64,000 nucleotides of DNA from Vicugna vicugna (Eukaryota), in assembly GCA_013265495.1 (NCBI GenBank), contig MU057887.1, positions 3,683,668 through 3,747,667 of the forward strand. The letters are read 5' to 3'. Numbering within the stretch: the first letter of the stretch is position 1; every line of letters begins with the position of its first letter. The translations under genes were made by a program, and so were the position numbers. The notes beneath the pieces were generated by a model. It was not told the origin of the DNA and did no database searches. It worked only from the letters and a program-made list of their open reading frames with translations. Positions 37,434 to 52,100 of the stretch are shown here, in pieces.

Positions 37434-39379
37434 CTGCAAAGCAGGATGCAGGAAGCCCGTGAGGGTCCCCGGAGACAAGGGCGAGGGGCAGCCCGAGAAT
37501 GCCCTCCTCCCTCCCAAGGGGCGCCCGGAGTGTGACCTCGAGGAGACGTGCAGACCCCGATTTGAGGGTCGGCTGTGTGTGCACCCCTGGCCACCGTGCC
37601 TGGGGCCCAGTGAAGTCACAGAGAGGCAGAGCCCGGGGTCCTGGTGCCGGGGCCCCAGGGTGGCCCTGCAGGCCCGTGTGGGCAGCCGACGTGCCCATGC
37701 CAGCAGGGTTCTGCAGCCGTCGTGGCTGGATGCCAGCTTAGTGTCCTGTGGGCTCGACTGTCCATCAGATGGGCTGGAGCCACAGCCCTGGCAGCAGTGG
37801 GGCCAGCTGAAGAGGCCACCAGAACTCTGAGGAATAGGGCAGGCGGGCAGCCCAACTGTTTGGGTGGGTTTAGAGCTCAGTGGTGCTTTACTGGCACCTG
37901 GGATGGAGAAACTCGCTCCCAGGCCGCATCACACCCCTCCACAAGGGCGGACTGCAGCAGAGGAGGCTGTGCTGGGCTCCAAGGCCACCTGCCGCAGCCC
38001 ACATGATGGCCCGGACGTGGAGCAAAGCTTCCTGGGACACAGTCGTCTGTGCACAGTGTCCCACCCACGCCTGCTGAGGATGGGAGGCCACAGGGAGGGG
38101 CAAGGTGAAGTGTGGTAGTGTCCCTGATGGCCTGCGAGAGGCCCCCCACACATGGAGCTGTGTTTGGGGCACAGGAAAGCCGGAGCCCCCGATGGTGCAG
38201 GGAACTCGGGTGCCAGGTCAGACAGGCCTCTTTCCTGTTCCTAACTGGACACGTAAGGGGGCCCCCAGAGCCGCCAGGCCCACTTTTGTGGTGCACATTG
38301 TCTAACCCCAGGGTGAAGCCAGGACGTGGTGGAAACAGCAAGTCCCGTGCTGTCTGTTACCCTCTCGTCTGGCAGCAGAGACGTCCCCGGGTGCCGTGTG
38401 AAATAGGGCAGGTCCCCGGGAGCGTCCACCACGCTGGCCGGGGTCAAAGCTGCCAGGGAGACCAGCAGGTGTGTGGTGACGGGTGGACATCGGTGCAGTT
38501 TCGACTTGGGCTCAGAGGGAAGACAGGCAGTTGGTCCTGCTGCAGGGAGGGGTCCCCACGGTCTCTCCCCAGAGCATCCGAGCACCCGGCCCCCCCAGCA
38601 CCTGGGCAGGATCATGGTGTCCTGTCCCGGGGAGGAGGGGATGGAGGACGGGGGAGCTGTTCGCCAGCCCAGCCTGGCCAAGTTCCGGGTCCCCGACACC
38701 ACGTCATCAGCAGAGAACAAGCACTGTCCCTGCCGGTGCTGATAGGAAAGCACCCCGCTGGCCCTGATGACGCACGCCTCGCGTGGGGACCCCGTGGGCC
38801 TCACTCAACTAGGAAGGAAGAGCGCAGACTGAACTGAACGTCCCCGGTCCCTAGGCGGGGTCACTGCTGCCACCCTGTGGCCACTCCTGGGACTTCGGCA
38901 CAGCGCCCTCCTCAAGATTTGACCATTCTCATCAGGGGCCACCCAGGTCGGGACACAGACACTTCCAGCCCCTCCAAAGGGTGTCCTGGAGACCACGTCC
39001 TCCAGACCCCTGCCTGCTCCCGAGCAGGGACGCCTCCTGACCTTGGACGTCACACCAGTGGCTAGCTCCCCGGTGGAACCACGACAGCCACGGGTGGCGC
39101 TGCAGACGTGGCAGCTCCTCCTCACACCGCTGGTGCGTCCGGGTTAGGAATGACGTCTCTCTGAAGACCTGTGTCCTGTCTCCGCAGTAAACGCCTCGGC
39201 GCGGCAGAGCTGGGGCACAGGCACGCAGGCGCCTACGTTACAAGAGACTGGGGGCTTGTCTGAGCCGGCGGCACCAGCTTCCACCCCGCCAGCCACGGAC
39301 GGGAGCCCGGCAGCTCACGAGCCGGCAGACCCTCAGCCGCTCCGGCGGGGGTGCGGCGGGGTCCGGGGATTGAATCCGG

Positions 39380-41220
39380 CTTCTCTGGTCAGTGATGCTG
39401 AGTGCCCCCTGGTGTGCTCACTGGCCACGCGCTCTCTTCTTTGGGGAGGTGCCGGTTTAGGTCTTCAGACATTTTCAGTGAGGTGGTTTCTCTTGCTCAT
39501 TTACGGGGGTTCCTTACACGTTCTAGACACAAGGCTTCGCTGGATATGCGAAGTCTGTCTTCCCGTCTGTGGGTTGTCTTTTCATTCTGTTTGTAGTGTT
39601 TGCTGATCAACAGAGTTCTCGATGTCAAAAAAGCAGTTTATCAACTATCATGATTAGTGCTTCAAGTGAACCGTTTAAGATCTTTGCCTTCCTTGTGGTC
39701 ATGAAGATACACTCCAACGTGCTATTATTTTTTTTACCTTTCATGTATCACATGATACGTCTCAAACTAACTTCTGTGTGGCTGTGAGGCAGGAGTCAAG
39801 GTACAGTTTCTTTTCATAAGGATGCTGATTGCTCAGGCCATGGATCTGTTTCTAGACTGGTCGGTTACACTGGTCTATTCATCTGCCTTGTCCCAACACC
39901 ACGCTGTCCTAATCACTGCAGATATACCTCCAAGGTAGCCTTCAGGGACGGAGCATATGTCCTCCGGTTTTGCTTTTCTTGATGGAAGTGGTCTTGGCTT
40001 TTCCTGAATCACTTATGTATCCGAGTAAATTTCAGAATCACTTCGTCAGTTCCTCCCCCTCAAAAAATCCTCCCACGCTTCTGATTGGGGTTCCATTGAA
40101 TCTACAGGTCGCTCGGGGAAAACAAACATCTCTATGCTGCTGAGTCTTCTAGTGCATGAACATGGTTTCACACACACACACACACTTATTAGGTCTTTAA
40201 TTTCTCTAATTTTATAATCTTCAGTTTAAGGTCTTCAATATGTTTTGTTATATTTTTTCTGGGTATTTGTTGGTTTTGATGTTATTGTAAATTATATTTT
40301 TTAAACTCTGTTTTATGATTGTTGTCGAACATAGAAGCAGCAGACGCTCGTATACTGACCTGACACCTGCTGACCTGGCTGAGCTCACTTAGGTATGGCA
40401 CTTTCTTTATGATTTTTAAAGTTTCCTGCGTGCACAGTCAGGCCACCAGCAAATGAAGAGCTTTGTGCCTTGTCTCCCACGGTCACGCCTGCCCTTCCTC
40501 TCTCCTGCACTACTGCCAACCTCAGCAGATCGCTCAGTCAAGACGCAGCAGAAATCACGACAGTGGACATTTCTGTCTCCCTCTAATTTCAAGGGGACAC
40601 TTTCAACTAACAACCATTAAGAAATATGTTAGCTTTAGGATTTTTTCAGATAAACTGTATCAAATTAAGGAAGCTTCTTTTTTTGCTAGTTTGCTAACAA
40701 GAACAACAACAAAACTTAACATGGTCCAATTGCATTTCATCAATGTTTTGCATCTGTTGAGATGATCATACAGTTTATTTCTTTATTCTGTAAATCTGTT
40801 GAAATTTACCTATTTACTTTTTTCTAATTTCTTATGGTGGTAAAGTATACGTAACATAAATTTCGCTGCCTTAGCTATTTTTCAGTGTTCAGTTCAGTGG
40901 CATTAAGCACTTTCACATTGTGCAACCATTACCACCATCCACCTCCAGAACTCTTCATCGTAAAACTGAAACTCCGCACCCCCTGAGCAGTAACTCCCCA
41001 TTCCCTGTCCCCACCCACCCAGCTCCTGGGAACCACTGTTCTACGTTGTCTCTGCAATTTTGACTACTCTGAGTCAATATAAGTGGAATCATACAGTATT
41101 TGTCTTTCTGTGTCTAGCTTATGTCACTTACTACAATGTGTCAAGGTTCATCCATGTTGTAGCAAGTGCCAGGACTTCCTTCTTTTCAAGAATGAACAAT
41201 ATTCCACGGATGAACTTTTG
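39380..41220 (-). mobile_element. Old LINE-1 fragments, minus orientation
   Basis: T-rich plus strand with reverse L1 motifs 'tgattggggttccattgaatctacagg' and 'cattaagcactttcacattgtgcaaccattaccaccatccacctccagaact'. Confidence 0.75.
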
Positions 41221-41870
41221 AATGTTAGACCAACTTTGAGTTCCTGGAACTCAAGACTGGACATGAAGAAATCAAGTTGTTTTCCTTTGTAGGTGACATA
41301 GCCTGTATGTAGAAAATCCTAAGGAACACACACACACACACACTACAAACTATTACAACTAATGAATGAGCTCACCAAAAATCAGTTACAAGATCAACAT
41401 ATAAAAGTCAGTTATATTTCTATATGCTACCAACAAAAAAAATCCTAAAAACTAAGAAATTAATTTCATCCATTATAGTATCAAAATAATAAAATATATA
41501 GGGATACATTTAACAAGAGAAGTATAAAATGTGAACTCAGAAGACTATAAAACACTGTTGATGCAAATTTTAAAGGACCTAAGCAAGTGGCGAAACAGTC
41601 TATATCTGCTGATTGGAAGCCTCAGTATTATTAAAAACCAGAAAATACAACTTACAGAGACAGAAAAAGACTAGCGGCTGGGTAGGACTGGGGCTGTGAA
41701 CACAGTGACTGAAAATAGGGACAAGGGACAGAAGTGGTCTAATACTGACTTGTGGTGATAGTTATACAATTGTGAATTTACTAAAAATTACTGAATTGTC
41801 CATTTACAATTAATGGGCTCTACGGCATTCAAATTATAATTCAATAAATGTATTTTAAAAACTTAAGCTT

Positions 41871-42015
41871 TGGGGGGAAGGTACAGCTCAGTGGTAGAGC
41901 ACATGCTTAGCATGCATGAGATCCTGAGTTCAATCCCTAGCACCTCCTCTAAAAAAATAATAAACCTAATTACTTCCACCTTCACCAAACATAAAATAAA
42001 TTAAATTAAAAAAAA
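41871..42015 (+). mobile_element. tRNA-derived SINE, camelid-type, with target-site duplication
   Basis: 'ggggggaaggtacagctcagtggtagagcacatgcttagcatgcatgagatcctgagttcaatccc...aaacctaattac' plus an A-tail; 'aaaacttaag' on both flanks. Confidence 0.9.
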
Positions 42016-42689
42016 AACTTAAGACAAACTAGAAGAAGTGGAAAAATTAAATTCCTCCTGTTTGAATACAAAGGTTTATGCTAGCAAAGACTGTCCAGCT
42101 GTGAATAGGCCAGACTGTTTGCTGACCAAGAGACTAGTTAGATTTTACATTAGTGCAACTAAGATTTATGACAATGCCATACAGCAGGAAAAAGAAATAC
42201 TTTTCAATAAATTGTAAGTTATTTCCAATACACATGTGGAAAGTATATCTTGAAACCTACCTATCACCATACATAAAAATCAATTCCAAATGGACTATAT
42301 GTAAAAACATGTGAAAGATAAAACAGCAAATATTTTAAAAGAAAATATAGTAGCATTAATTCATGACTTGGAAAAAGCAAAGACTTCTTGAATAGTATTA
42401 TAGGACACCAATCATAAAGAGAAACTTAGATAGCTGGATTTCATTATGATTAAAGATTTTCCCTCTATCAAAAGACACCATTAAGAGAGTGAAAAAATCC
42501 ACAGAATGGGAGGCATGTGCAACACAAATGTCAGACAACAGAATCTATTAAAAAAAAAAACCCTGCAGAGCAACGCCAAAGAGACAAGACAATGGAAGAA
42601 TGAGCAAGAAGCCTGAAGAGTGGCTTCACGAAAGAGCACATCCACATGGCTAATAAACAAGTCGCACAGTGATATAAGTAAGTGCCTTC

Positions 42690-45600
42690 TTTTCAATAGC
42701 TACTTTAAATATAAATGGGTTAAGCTCTCCAATAAAAAGACAGAGATCTGCAGAATGGATAAAAATGCATGATCCAATCATATTCTGTCTATAAGAAGCT
42801 CACTTTGGATCCAAAGACACAAATAGATTGAAAGTAAAAGGATGGAAAAGATATTCCATGCAAATAGTAACTAAAGTGAGGAGATGTGGATATACTAGTA
42901 TCAAACAGAACAGACTTAGCAAAAAGTTACAAGAGCTGAAGAAGGACATAATATATTAAAAGGTTGTATCTTCTTCCAGCAAGAAGATATGACAATTATA
43001 AAAATGTATGCACCTAATGACAGACCATCAAAATATATGAACTTAAAACTGACAGAATTGAAGAAGAAATAGACAGTTCTTCAATAACTGGAGACTTCAA
43101 ACCCCACAGTCTCAATAATGAATAGAACCACCAAACAGAAGTTAAGGAAACAGATGACCTAACACAGTAAATCAACCAGATCTAACAGAAGTATAGAGCA
43201 CCCCACCCAACAACGTACACATTCTTCTAAAATGCACATAAAACATTTCCCAAGATAGACCACCTGCTAGGCCACAGATTAACTCTCAACAGAGTTTAAA
43301 AGATAGGTATCACATAAAGGGTCCTCTTTAATCACAACGGGAGGAAGTTAGAAGCCAGTAACAGAAGTAAAACTGGAAAATCCCCAAATTTGTGGAAATT
43401 AAACAATACATTCTTCAACAACCAATGGATCAAAGTAGACATCACAAGTGAAATTAGAAAATACTTAGAGATAAATGAAAATGAAAATACAATGTACCAA
43501 AACTCATGGGATGCAGCGAAAGAAGTGCTAAGGGGGAAACTTACAGCGATAAGGGCTCACATTACAAAACGAGAGAGATCTCAGACCAACAACCCAACTT
43601 TACAACTTAAGAAACTAGAAAAAGAAGAACTAAACTCGGAGCTGGCAGAAGGAGGGAAACAACAAAGATCAGAGTAGAATTAATCAAACAGAAAAGCAAC
43701 AGAAAAATGAATAAAACCAGAAGTTGGTTCTTTGAAAAGATCAACAAAGAAAACAAACATTTAGCTAGATGGACTAAGAGAAAAACACAGAGTACTCAAA
43801 TACTAAAATCAAAAATGATACTGGGGACATCACTACTGATTTTACAAAAATAAAAAAGACTGTAAGAGAGAACTGTGGACAGCTGTACACCAGCAGTCTG
43901 GACAACCTAGGTGAAACACACACGTGCCCGGAAACAGCGAGCCTACCAAGACCAGGTCACGGAGACGTGGAGGGTATAAACAGACCTGTAGCCACTCAGG
44001 GAGTTGAGTCAGCAATCAAAAATCTCCCAGCAAAGTCCCTAGACATTATGGCTTCACTGAAGAAGTCCACCAAACATTTAAAAAACCAGTAACAGTCCTT
44101 CTCAAACTTTTCCAAAAAACTGAAGAGGCGGGAACACTTCCTAACTTGTTTTATGAGTTCAGGATTACCTTGATACCAAAACCAGGTAAAGACACTACAA
44201 GAAGCGAAAACTACAGACCAACATTCCTTATGAGTATTGATGCAAAAAGTCATCCACAAAATACTAGCAAACCAGATTCAGCAGTGTATTAAAAGGAGTA
44301 TACACCAAGAACAGGTGGGATTTATTCCTGGAATGCAAGTATACTTCAACATATGAAACTCAATCAATATAATATACCACATTAGCAGAACGAAGGGAAA
44401 AAACTACACAATCATCTCAATTGATGCAGAAAAAGCATTTGACAAAATTCAAAATCTTTTCCTGATAAAAACACTCAACAAACTAGGAATAGAAGGCAAC
44501 TAACTCAACATAATAAAAGCCATATGTGAAAACCCACAGCAAACATCATACTCAATGATGAAACGCAGAAAGCTTTTCCTCTATTATCAGGAATAGGATA
44601 AGCATGTCCACTTTCAGCACTCAGCATAATAATGGAAGCACAAGCCAAAGCAATCAGGCAAGAAAAAAGCGGCATTCAAACTGGAAAAGCAGAAGTAAAA
44701 CTATCAGTGTTTGAAGATAATATAATCTTACATGTAGAAAATCCTAACAATTTCACCAAAAAAAAACCCTACCACAGCTAATAAACGAATTCAGTGAAGT
44801 AGCAGTAGACAAAGTCAACACAGAAAAGACAGTTGCAGTTCTACACACTGACAACGAACAATCTGAAAAGGAAATTACAAAAACTATTCTACTTACAATT
44901 ACATCGAAAAGAATAAAATACCTAGGAAATAACCAAAGAGGTGAAAAGTACAATGAAAACTACAAAAAAAAATTGCTAAAAGAAATTAAAGACTTAAATA
45001 AATGGAAACACAGGCCACATTTCTGAATCAGAAGATTTAACATTGTTAAGCTGTCAATTGTACCCAAAGCAATCTGCAGTTTCAATGTAATCCCTATCAA
45101 AATCCCAATGCCATTTTTTTGCAGAAATAAAAAAGCCCATCCTAAAATTCACATGGAACCTCAAGGAGTCCCCAAAGAGCCAAAACAGGTTCTAAAAGGT
45201 GAAAAAAGCTGGAGGACTCACACTTCTTGTTCTCAAAACTTACTACAAAGCTACAGTAATCAGAGCAGTGTGGCACTGGCATAAAGACAGACATACAGAC
45301 AGTGGGATAGAACAGCAATCCCCAAAACAAATGCTCAAATGACTTTTGACAAGGGTGCCAAGACTGTTCAATGGGAAAAGGATGATCTTTTCAACAAACG
45401 GTGCTGGGAAAACTGGACATCCACAAGCAAAAGAATGAAGTTGGGCCCCTACCTAAAACCATATGCAAAAATTAACTTGCTCAAAATGATCAAGGGCTTA
45501 AGTGTAAAGACCGAAAAATATAAGACCTTTAGAAGAAAACAGGACAAAATCTTTGTGACATTGGATTTCACAGTGATTTCTTAGACACGACACCAAAGAA

Positions 45601-46370
45601 CAAGGCAACAAAAGAAAAAAATAGACAAACTGGACTATAGAAAAGGTTTTTAAATTTATGTAATGAAAGACAACATCAACAGAGTAAAAAGGCAACTCAC
45701 AAAATGAAAGTGTTTGCAAATCATATATCTGATAGGGGGTTAGTACCCAGAATGTACAGAGAACGCCTAAAAGCCAACAACAGAACAACCTGATTCCAAA
45801 ATGGGCAAAGGATTTGAACAGAAATCTCTCTAAAGAAGACGTACAGATGGCCAACATGCACAAGAAATGATGCTCAACGTCACTGACCACTAGGAAACGC
45901 AAATCAAAACTGCAGTGAGATACCACCGAGCCCCCCAAGATAAGGACTATCAAAACACACAGAAAATAAAAAGCGTTGGCAAAGACACAGAGAAACTGGA
46001 ACCACTGTGCACTGCTGGGAACGTAAAATGGCACAGCCACTACGGAAAACAGATGGAAGGCCCTCCAAAAATTCAAATTAGAATTACTGAGCCAGCAGCT
46101 CCACTTCTGGGTACGCACCCAAAAGAATTAAAAGCAGGGTCTCAAAGAGACATTTGTACACCCGTGCTTACAGCAGCGTTGTTTACAATAGCTAAAACAT
46201 GGACGCAACCCAAGCCCGTCAACTGATGAACAGATAAACAAACTGCAGTATGCACGCACAGTGGACTACTATTCAGCTTTGAAAGGGAGGAGACGTTGGT
46301 ACACAAGTGCCCAGCACATCTGCAGCACAGGTGAAACGTGAGGACATGATAATCAGTGAAATAAGCCAAC
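42690..46370 (+). mobile_element. Long LINE-1 ORF2 remnant (endonuclease, RT and 3' end), disabled
   Basis: Recognisable ORF2 peptides ([35 protein letters not shown] near 44423, FDKGAKT.QWEKD.LFNK.CWENW) broken by stops and frameshifts. Confidence 0.92.
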
Positions 46371-46489
46371 ACACACTGTATTCAGGAATACGTGGAACAT
46401 TCACCAAACAGGTTAGTGCTGGGCCAGAAGTGAGTGCAGCAAAATTCACGTTTATTCTTTATCCATAGTGGGTGTGTATACACACACAC

Positions 46490-47258
46490 CGAAACCCCCC
46501 TTGATCCTTATCTCTTACTTTACACAAAAATTAATATAACATTAGTTACTCATGGAAAGCTAGAAGTGAAAGGCAACAGTACAGTGTGCGGGAGAGATCA
46601 CAGGGGAACACCCTCACGACCTTGAATAGAAAAAGGTTCCTTAACCAGGACCCTGAAGGCCCTGCCACAACAGGAAAAACTGCACACGGGACCTCATCAA
46701 AAAATACCACTCAGAGATGACAGACAAGGCACGCACTGGGAGAAGGCATCCTGAACGCACAGCTCCCACAAAGGACTTGGTGACAAATACTAGAGAACGC
46801 TTAGAAATCAGTCTTAAAGAGACAAACCACCTTTCTTTAATGAGCAAAAGATGTGAACAATCAGTTCCCAGAGAAGATGTCCGCGTGACCGTAAGCATCA
46901 GAAACTGCTCAGCGCCGTCGTCAGACGAGCACAAACCAGGCCCGCGGAGATGACCAGCAAGAGGAAACCGGAGCGCCGTGGGCGAATCTGCGGGGCCGCG
47001 CGGGAAACCGTTCCAAACGGGGCGGCAGCGCCACTGCGCCCCGCGTCGGGCCGGCCGGCGCTCTGCGGTCGCTGCCAGGGCTGAAGACGGAGCTCCCGCC
47101 ACCCGCACCGACGCGGGGAAGTCCCACAGGTTTTACGTCGTGCAGGAGCCACACCGAGCGCGCGCAGCCTGCACGGCTCCGTGCCCGTGAACTCCCACAG
47201 GGCCCCTGGGGGAGGTGGCGGGGATCGGGGGCGTGGCGTCCGTGCGCGCTGCCTGGGG
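46490..47258 (+). mobile_element. LINE-1 3' fragment grading into CpG-rich sequence
   Basis: L1 motifs ('tacacaaaaattaat', 'gagcaaaagatgtgaacaatcagttcccagagaagatgtcc') continue into a GC-shifted 3' UTR-like sequence. Confidence 0.6.
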
Positions 47259-47294
47259 NNNNNNNNNNNNNNNNNNNNNNNNNNNNNNNNNNNN
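47259..47294. other. Assembly gap (36 N)
   Basis: Run of n, flanked by G-runs. Confidence 1.
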
Positions 47295-48111
47295 GGGGGC
47301 TCCGGGGGGCTGGGAGCCGGGGTGTCTTTTATCTTGATCTGGGCAGTGGCTACCCAGGGAGCACACGTGCAACCTTTCATCCACTGGACAAACACCCCTT
47401 TACTGTATTTATATCCAAGAAAAAAGAAAATACGGGATCCAAAAGAAGGAAGGAAGGAATAAAAGAATGGAAACAACCCGGGATGGTGCATGTGGGCGGC
47501 AGGCAGACCCTCCAGACGAGGGCTCGGGCTTTCCTGGTCTGGGCCCTCGGCGACAGCTGCCCCGTCCCCGGTGCCAGCCCCCACTGCCCGAGCTCCTCTC
47601 TGTTGCCCCGGTGAGAGGGCGCAGCCCTTGGCAGAGGGGAGGAGAGCCAGGTTCAGCCTTTGGGCCCTCCCCCCCGACCCCAGACAGTGAGGGGCAGCTG
47701 AAGGTGGTGGAGACTCTGGAAGCCACGCAATGGCTCTGCTAGTCCCCACCACCCAGAGCCAGCAGGCGGTCTGGCCGCGGCAGAGACCCCAAGTCTGCTG
47801 GGGACTCCAATGACGCAAAGGACACAGAGGCTGGGAGGCGTTTACAGCAACATTACCCAAAGGCATCCCCAAGGGGTGTGGTCCTCTTATCAGCCAACAG
47901 TGAGCTGAGAACCCCAACTCCAAGACAGGCACCCCAACACCCAGACAGGTGCCCCAGCATCCAGACAGGCACCCCCCCACCCACACAGGCACCCCACCTC
48001 CTGCAGGCGCCCAGACGCCCGCAGGCTGGACTCCCCTAGACGACTCCTGCCGGCTGCCCGCGACCTCCCGCCGGCGCACCGGGCCCCCCGGGGAGCTGGC
48101 CAGCATCTTAC

Positions 48112-48298
48112 CCAACGAGGGAGTAATACTGCTGGATCAGGTCCTTCCACTCGTCCTCTGTCAGGTCCTCGGCGGCATCCTCAGAAAGGTCAATGTCCTT
48201 GTGTTCCAGCCGCCCCAGGTAGGCCTCGCACACCTTGCACGCGGCATCCACGAGCTGCCCCGAGAGGCCCATGAGCCTTGATCCCGTGCTCTCAGGAA
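48112..48298 (-). CDS. TTLL8: TTLL8 exon (187 nt, phase 1 to 2): PESTGSRLMGLSGQLVDAACKVCEAYLG...QQYYSLV
   Basis: Acceptor cttggatttcAG (48300-48299); donor TTGG|GTAAGA (48111-48110). Confidence 0.95.
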
Positions 48299-49179
48299 CT
48301 GAAATCCAAGCACAGGCACGTGGAGCCAGGGCCACAACCCGCCCCGTGGAGACGCACTGCTGGGGGTGCTGGCAGGGGCCATCCCCTCCCCCCAGCCGCA
48401 AGGCTTCACGGTGACGGCTCATGCCTCTGAGCAGCCAGCCTGGGTCCCAGACCTGGGTCTGGGCAGGTAACCTCTCCCCTCCCGAAGCCGCCCTTCCACA
48501 GCTCTGAGCGGCCCCTCCCTCCACCCCTCATTCCCTCCAGCCAGACTCTCAGCCCCTCGGATGGGAGTGAAGTGGCACTTCTGATGAGCTCTCCAGAAAA
48601 CCCCACTCTTCTGAGCACAACAAACAGGTGTTCGTGAACAACCCCACTTGGGCAGTGATGCCCGCAAGCCCCACAGGGGCTGGAGGGGCATCTCCCTATC
48701 CATCCAGCGTGGCTCAGGCCCAGCACACGTGTGCTTGGCGGCTCTGTGTGTCTGGTCTCTCACACGGCATTTCCCTCTCCTGCTGGAGCCCGTGAGCCAA
48801 GATCACTGCTGGTCTGGGAGCATTGAACACAGGGAGGCCCTCCAGGTGAAGGTGGACCCCACGCATCTGGCTCCCAACCTCAGGCAGTGCCCTGCTCCTC
48901 ACACAAAGCAAGCCGGCCCCCAGCCTGGATGAGAGAATGGGCTGAGAACAAGCACTGCCGCGATGCTGCAGGGTAGGAGCCCGGAGAACAAGGTGTATGG
49001 AAACACCTCCACGGGCCGCAGGTACCGCCTGCAGAGGCAGCCCTGACGGAGCAGCCCCAGCAATCACGGACCCAGGACAGGGCACCTGAGCTTTGGGGTT
49101 GCTGCACAGACTGCAGGGTGCATTTTTAAATGTACTGAGGTGAGTTCACAAAACATTAAAATAACCATTTTTAAACTGA

Positions 49180-52100
49180 AAACCGCACTTGGGTTTCTGG
49201 TCCAGCATGTAAGGAGCATGGAAGTTGCCTCTCCATCCTAAGAACAAGTAAAAAGCTGAACAGACTGGAAGATCACCAGCTGCTCTTAGATGCATCCAAG
49301 AACTGAGGTCACAGGGCAAATCGCTGGCCCAGACTGGGAGACGGACAAGCAGGTACAGAGTCATAGTGCAACTGAGCAGAGCCTCTGTGGGAAAGAGCTC
49401 CAGGGACGGGACACCCATCAGCCTTGCAAGAAATGTTGAAAAACAGAAAATCTTCAGAGAGAAGGAAAAAGGCAAGGTCAGAAACTCAGATCTACATAAA
49501 GAAAGGAAGAGTATTAGACAAGGAATAGATAAGGGTAAAATAAAACTTGTATTCTTTTAATTCTTAATTGATCTGACAGAACATAGTAATTTGATAATTA
49601 TTTTAAAAAATAATAGCAATAATGTATTCAGATTATAGCTTATGGGTAAGTGAAATAAATGACAGCAAAGATACAAGGCACGGGAGGGAGGAATTAGGAA
49701 CATTTTGCTATAAAATATTCACATTAAAGTGGACAGTGTTACTTGAAAATGAAGTTGGAGTCATTGTAAATTTATATTGCAAACTATAAGGCAACCACTA
49801 AATATATATTCATATGTATATAAATACATCTGAGATTTTATACATATATATACACATCTGCTATGCTAAGAAAAGAAAGAAAATTAAACCATATAAAATG
49901 TCCAACTAAAGCCACAAAAGGCAGAAAAAGAGTAGAAGAAAAAATAGAAGCAAGGAGCAAGAGTAATGAATAGAAAAGAGTAACAAATATGGTAGTTGTT
50001 ACTCTGACCATATCAATAATCACTTTAAATGTTCACGATGTAAATGTACCAATTAAAAAGAGACTTTTAGAGTGGATCAAACAATAAGACCTAACTGTAT
50101 GCTTTGAACAAGAATTCCACTTTAAATACGAAGATACATACAGACTGAAAGTACAGGGACGGAGACACATGAGCCACACCAACACCGATAAAGGAAAGCG
50201 GGAGCAGATACATGAATTTCAGATGGAACAGACTTCGGGGCAAAGAAAACCACCAGGGAGGAAAAGAACGTTACACAGCGAGGAGGGGCCAGCACTCCAA
50301 GAAGACACAACAATCTTCAACAGCTATGTGCCTAGCAACAGGCAGCAGGAAAAATCCCAAATGACTTGGAGGCTGAGCAGCATACTTCTGAACAACACGT
50401 AAGTCAAAGAAAAACAATCTCAAGGAAAAACTTTAAATATTTTGAACTAAATGAAAATTAAAATACAATTTATCAAAATCTGTGGGATGCAATGAAAGCA
50501 GTGCTTAGAGGGGAATTTACAGCATTGAATGCATATATTAGAAAAGGAGAAAGATCTGAAACCAGTTATTTAAGCTCTCATCTTACGAAACCAGAAAAAG
50601 AAAAACAAACACAAAAGAAGCAGAAGAAAATAAATAGTAAAAATGAGAGTAGAAATCAATGAAATTGAAAACAGGAAATTAATGGAGAAAATAAGTGAAA
50701 CTAAAAGCTGCTTCTTTGAAAAGATCAATAAAATTGGTATCTTTAGCCAGGCTAACTAAAAACAAAAGATACAGATGACATAAATTACTGATATCATTAA
50801 AGAAAGAGGAGACATCACTACAGATCCCATGAACATTAAAAGGATAATAAAGGGTTATTATGAACAACTTTCTGCCCACAAATTTTATAATGTAGTGAAA
50901 TGAATTGATTCTTTGAAAGACACAATCTGCCAATGCTCACACAAGAAGAAACAGACAATCTGAATGGGCTTATTTCCATTAAAGGAATAGAAGCAATAAT
51001 TCATAACCTTCCAAAACAGAAAGTGCCAGGCCCCAGTGGGGTCACAGATGATTTCTGCCAAGCATTTAAGGAAGAAACTGCACCAAATTATCTACAATCT
51101 TTTTCAGAAGCTGAGGGAAGACTTTGCAACTCATTCTATGCCGCCAGCATTACCCTATTACCAAAACCAGACAGCGACATTGCAAGAAAAGAAAACTGCT
51201 GACCAAAATCTCTGTGAACACACTGGCAGAAATCCTCAACAAAGCATTTGCAAATCAAATCTAACAGTGTATAAAAAGAATTATACGTTATGACCAAGTG
51301 GCATTTATCCCAGTTATGCAAAACTGGTTCAACATCTGAGAATCACTTAATGTGATCCATCACATGGACGAGCTAAAGCAGCAGTATTACACGATCTTAT
51401 GCACACTGCGACGGGGCATTTGACGACACCCAACACCAATCGTGATAAAGTGTCGACAAAGTAGGAACAGAGAGGAACTGCCTCAAACTGATGAAGAGTA
51501 GCTACCAAAACCTGCAGCTGACGTTACACTTCATGGTGAGAAACGAGGAGCTTTCCCACTGAAGTCGACAGCAAAGCGAGGACGCCGCTCACCACTCACA
51601 CTGGACACCCTAGCTGATGCAGTAAGGGAAATGGTACAGATTGGGAAGGAAGAAATAACACTGCTTTTATTCAGAGATGACATGACTGTCTATGTAGAAA
51701 ATCTGAAAGAACTGACAAAGACCTTCTGGAATTAGTAAGTGGTTATAGTTAATCACTTTCCCATATACTAGCAATGAATAATTGGAATTTGAAGTTGAAA
51801 ACACAGTACCATTACACCAGCACTACAAATAGAAAATAAATACATAAATAAATAACTCTAACTATGTATGTTCAAGACCTATATGAGGAAAACTACAAAA
51901 CTGATGAATTAAATCAAATAAGAACTAAATTAACAGAGAGGTATTCCATGTTCATGAATAGGAAAGACTCATTGTCAAAATGTCATTTCTTCCCAAATTG
52001 ATCTGTAGGTTCAAGGCAATCCTATTAAAGCCCCAGTAAGTTATTTTTAGATGCTGACAAACTGATTCTAAACTTTACATGGAGAAGCAAAAGTCCCAGG

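Noticed and set aside
41871..41950. tRNA-like sequence (also 4560-4630)
   Set aside because: The A/B boxes are followed by a SINE tail, poly(A) and a target-site duplication, so these are SINE heads, not tRNA genes.
42690..46370. Intact or domesticated reverse transcriptase gene
   Set aside because: There are numerous stops and frameshifts, and the catalytic FADD region reads 'tttgaagataat' (FEDN). It is an ordinary dead L1.
46898..48115. 405-aa minus-strand ORF
   Set aside because: It starts at the TTLL8 splice donor, crosses an N gap and L1-derived sequence, and shows no protein-like features.
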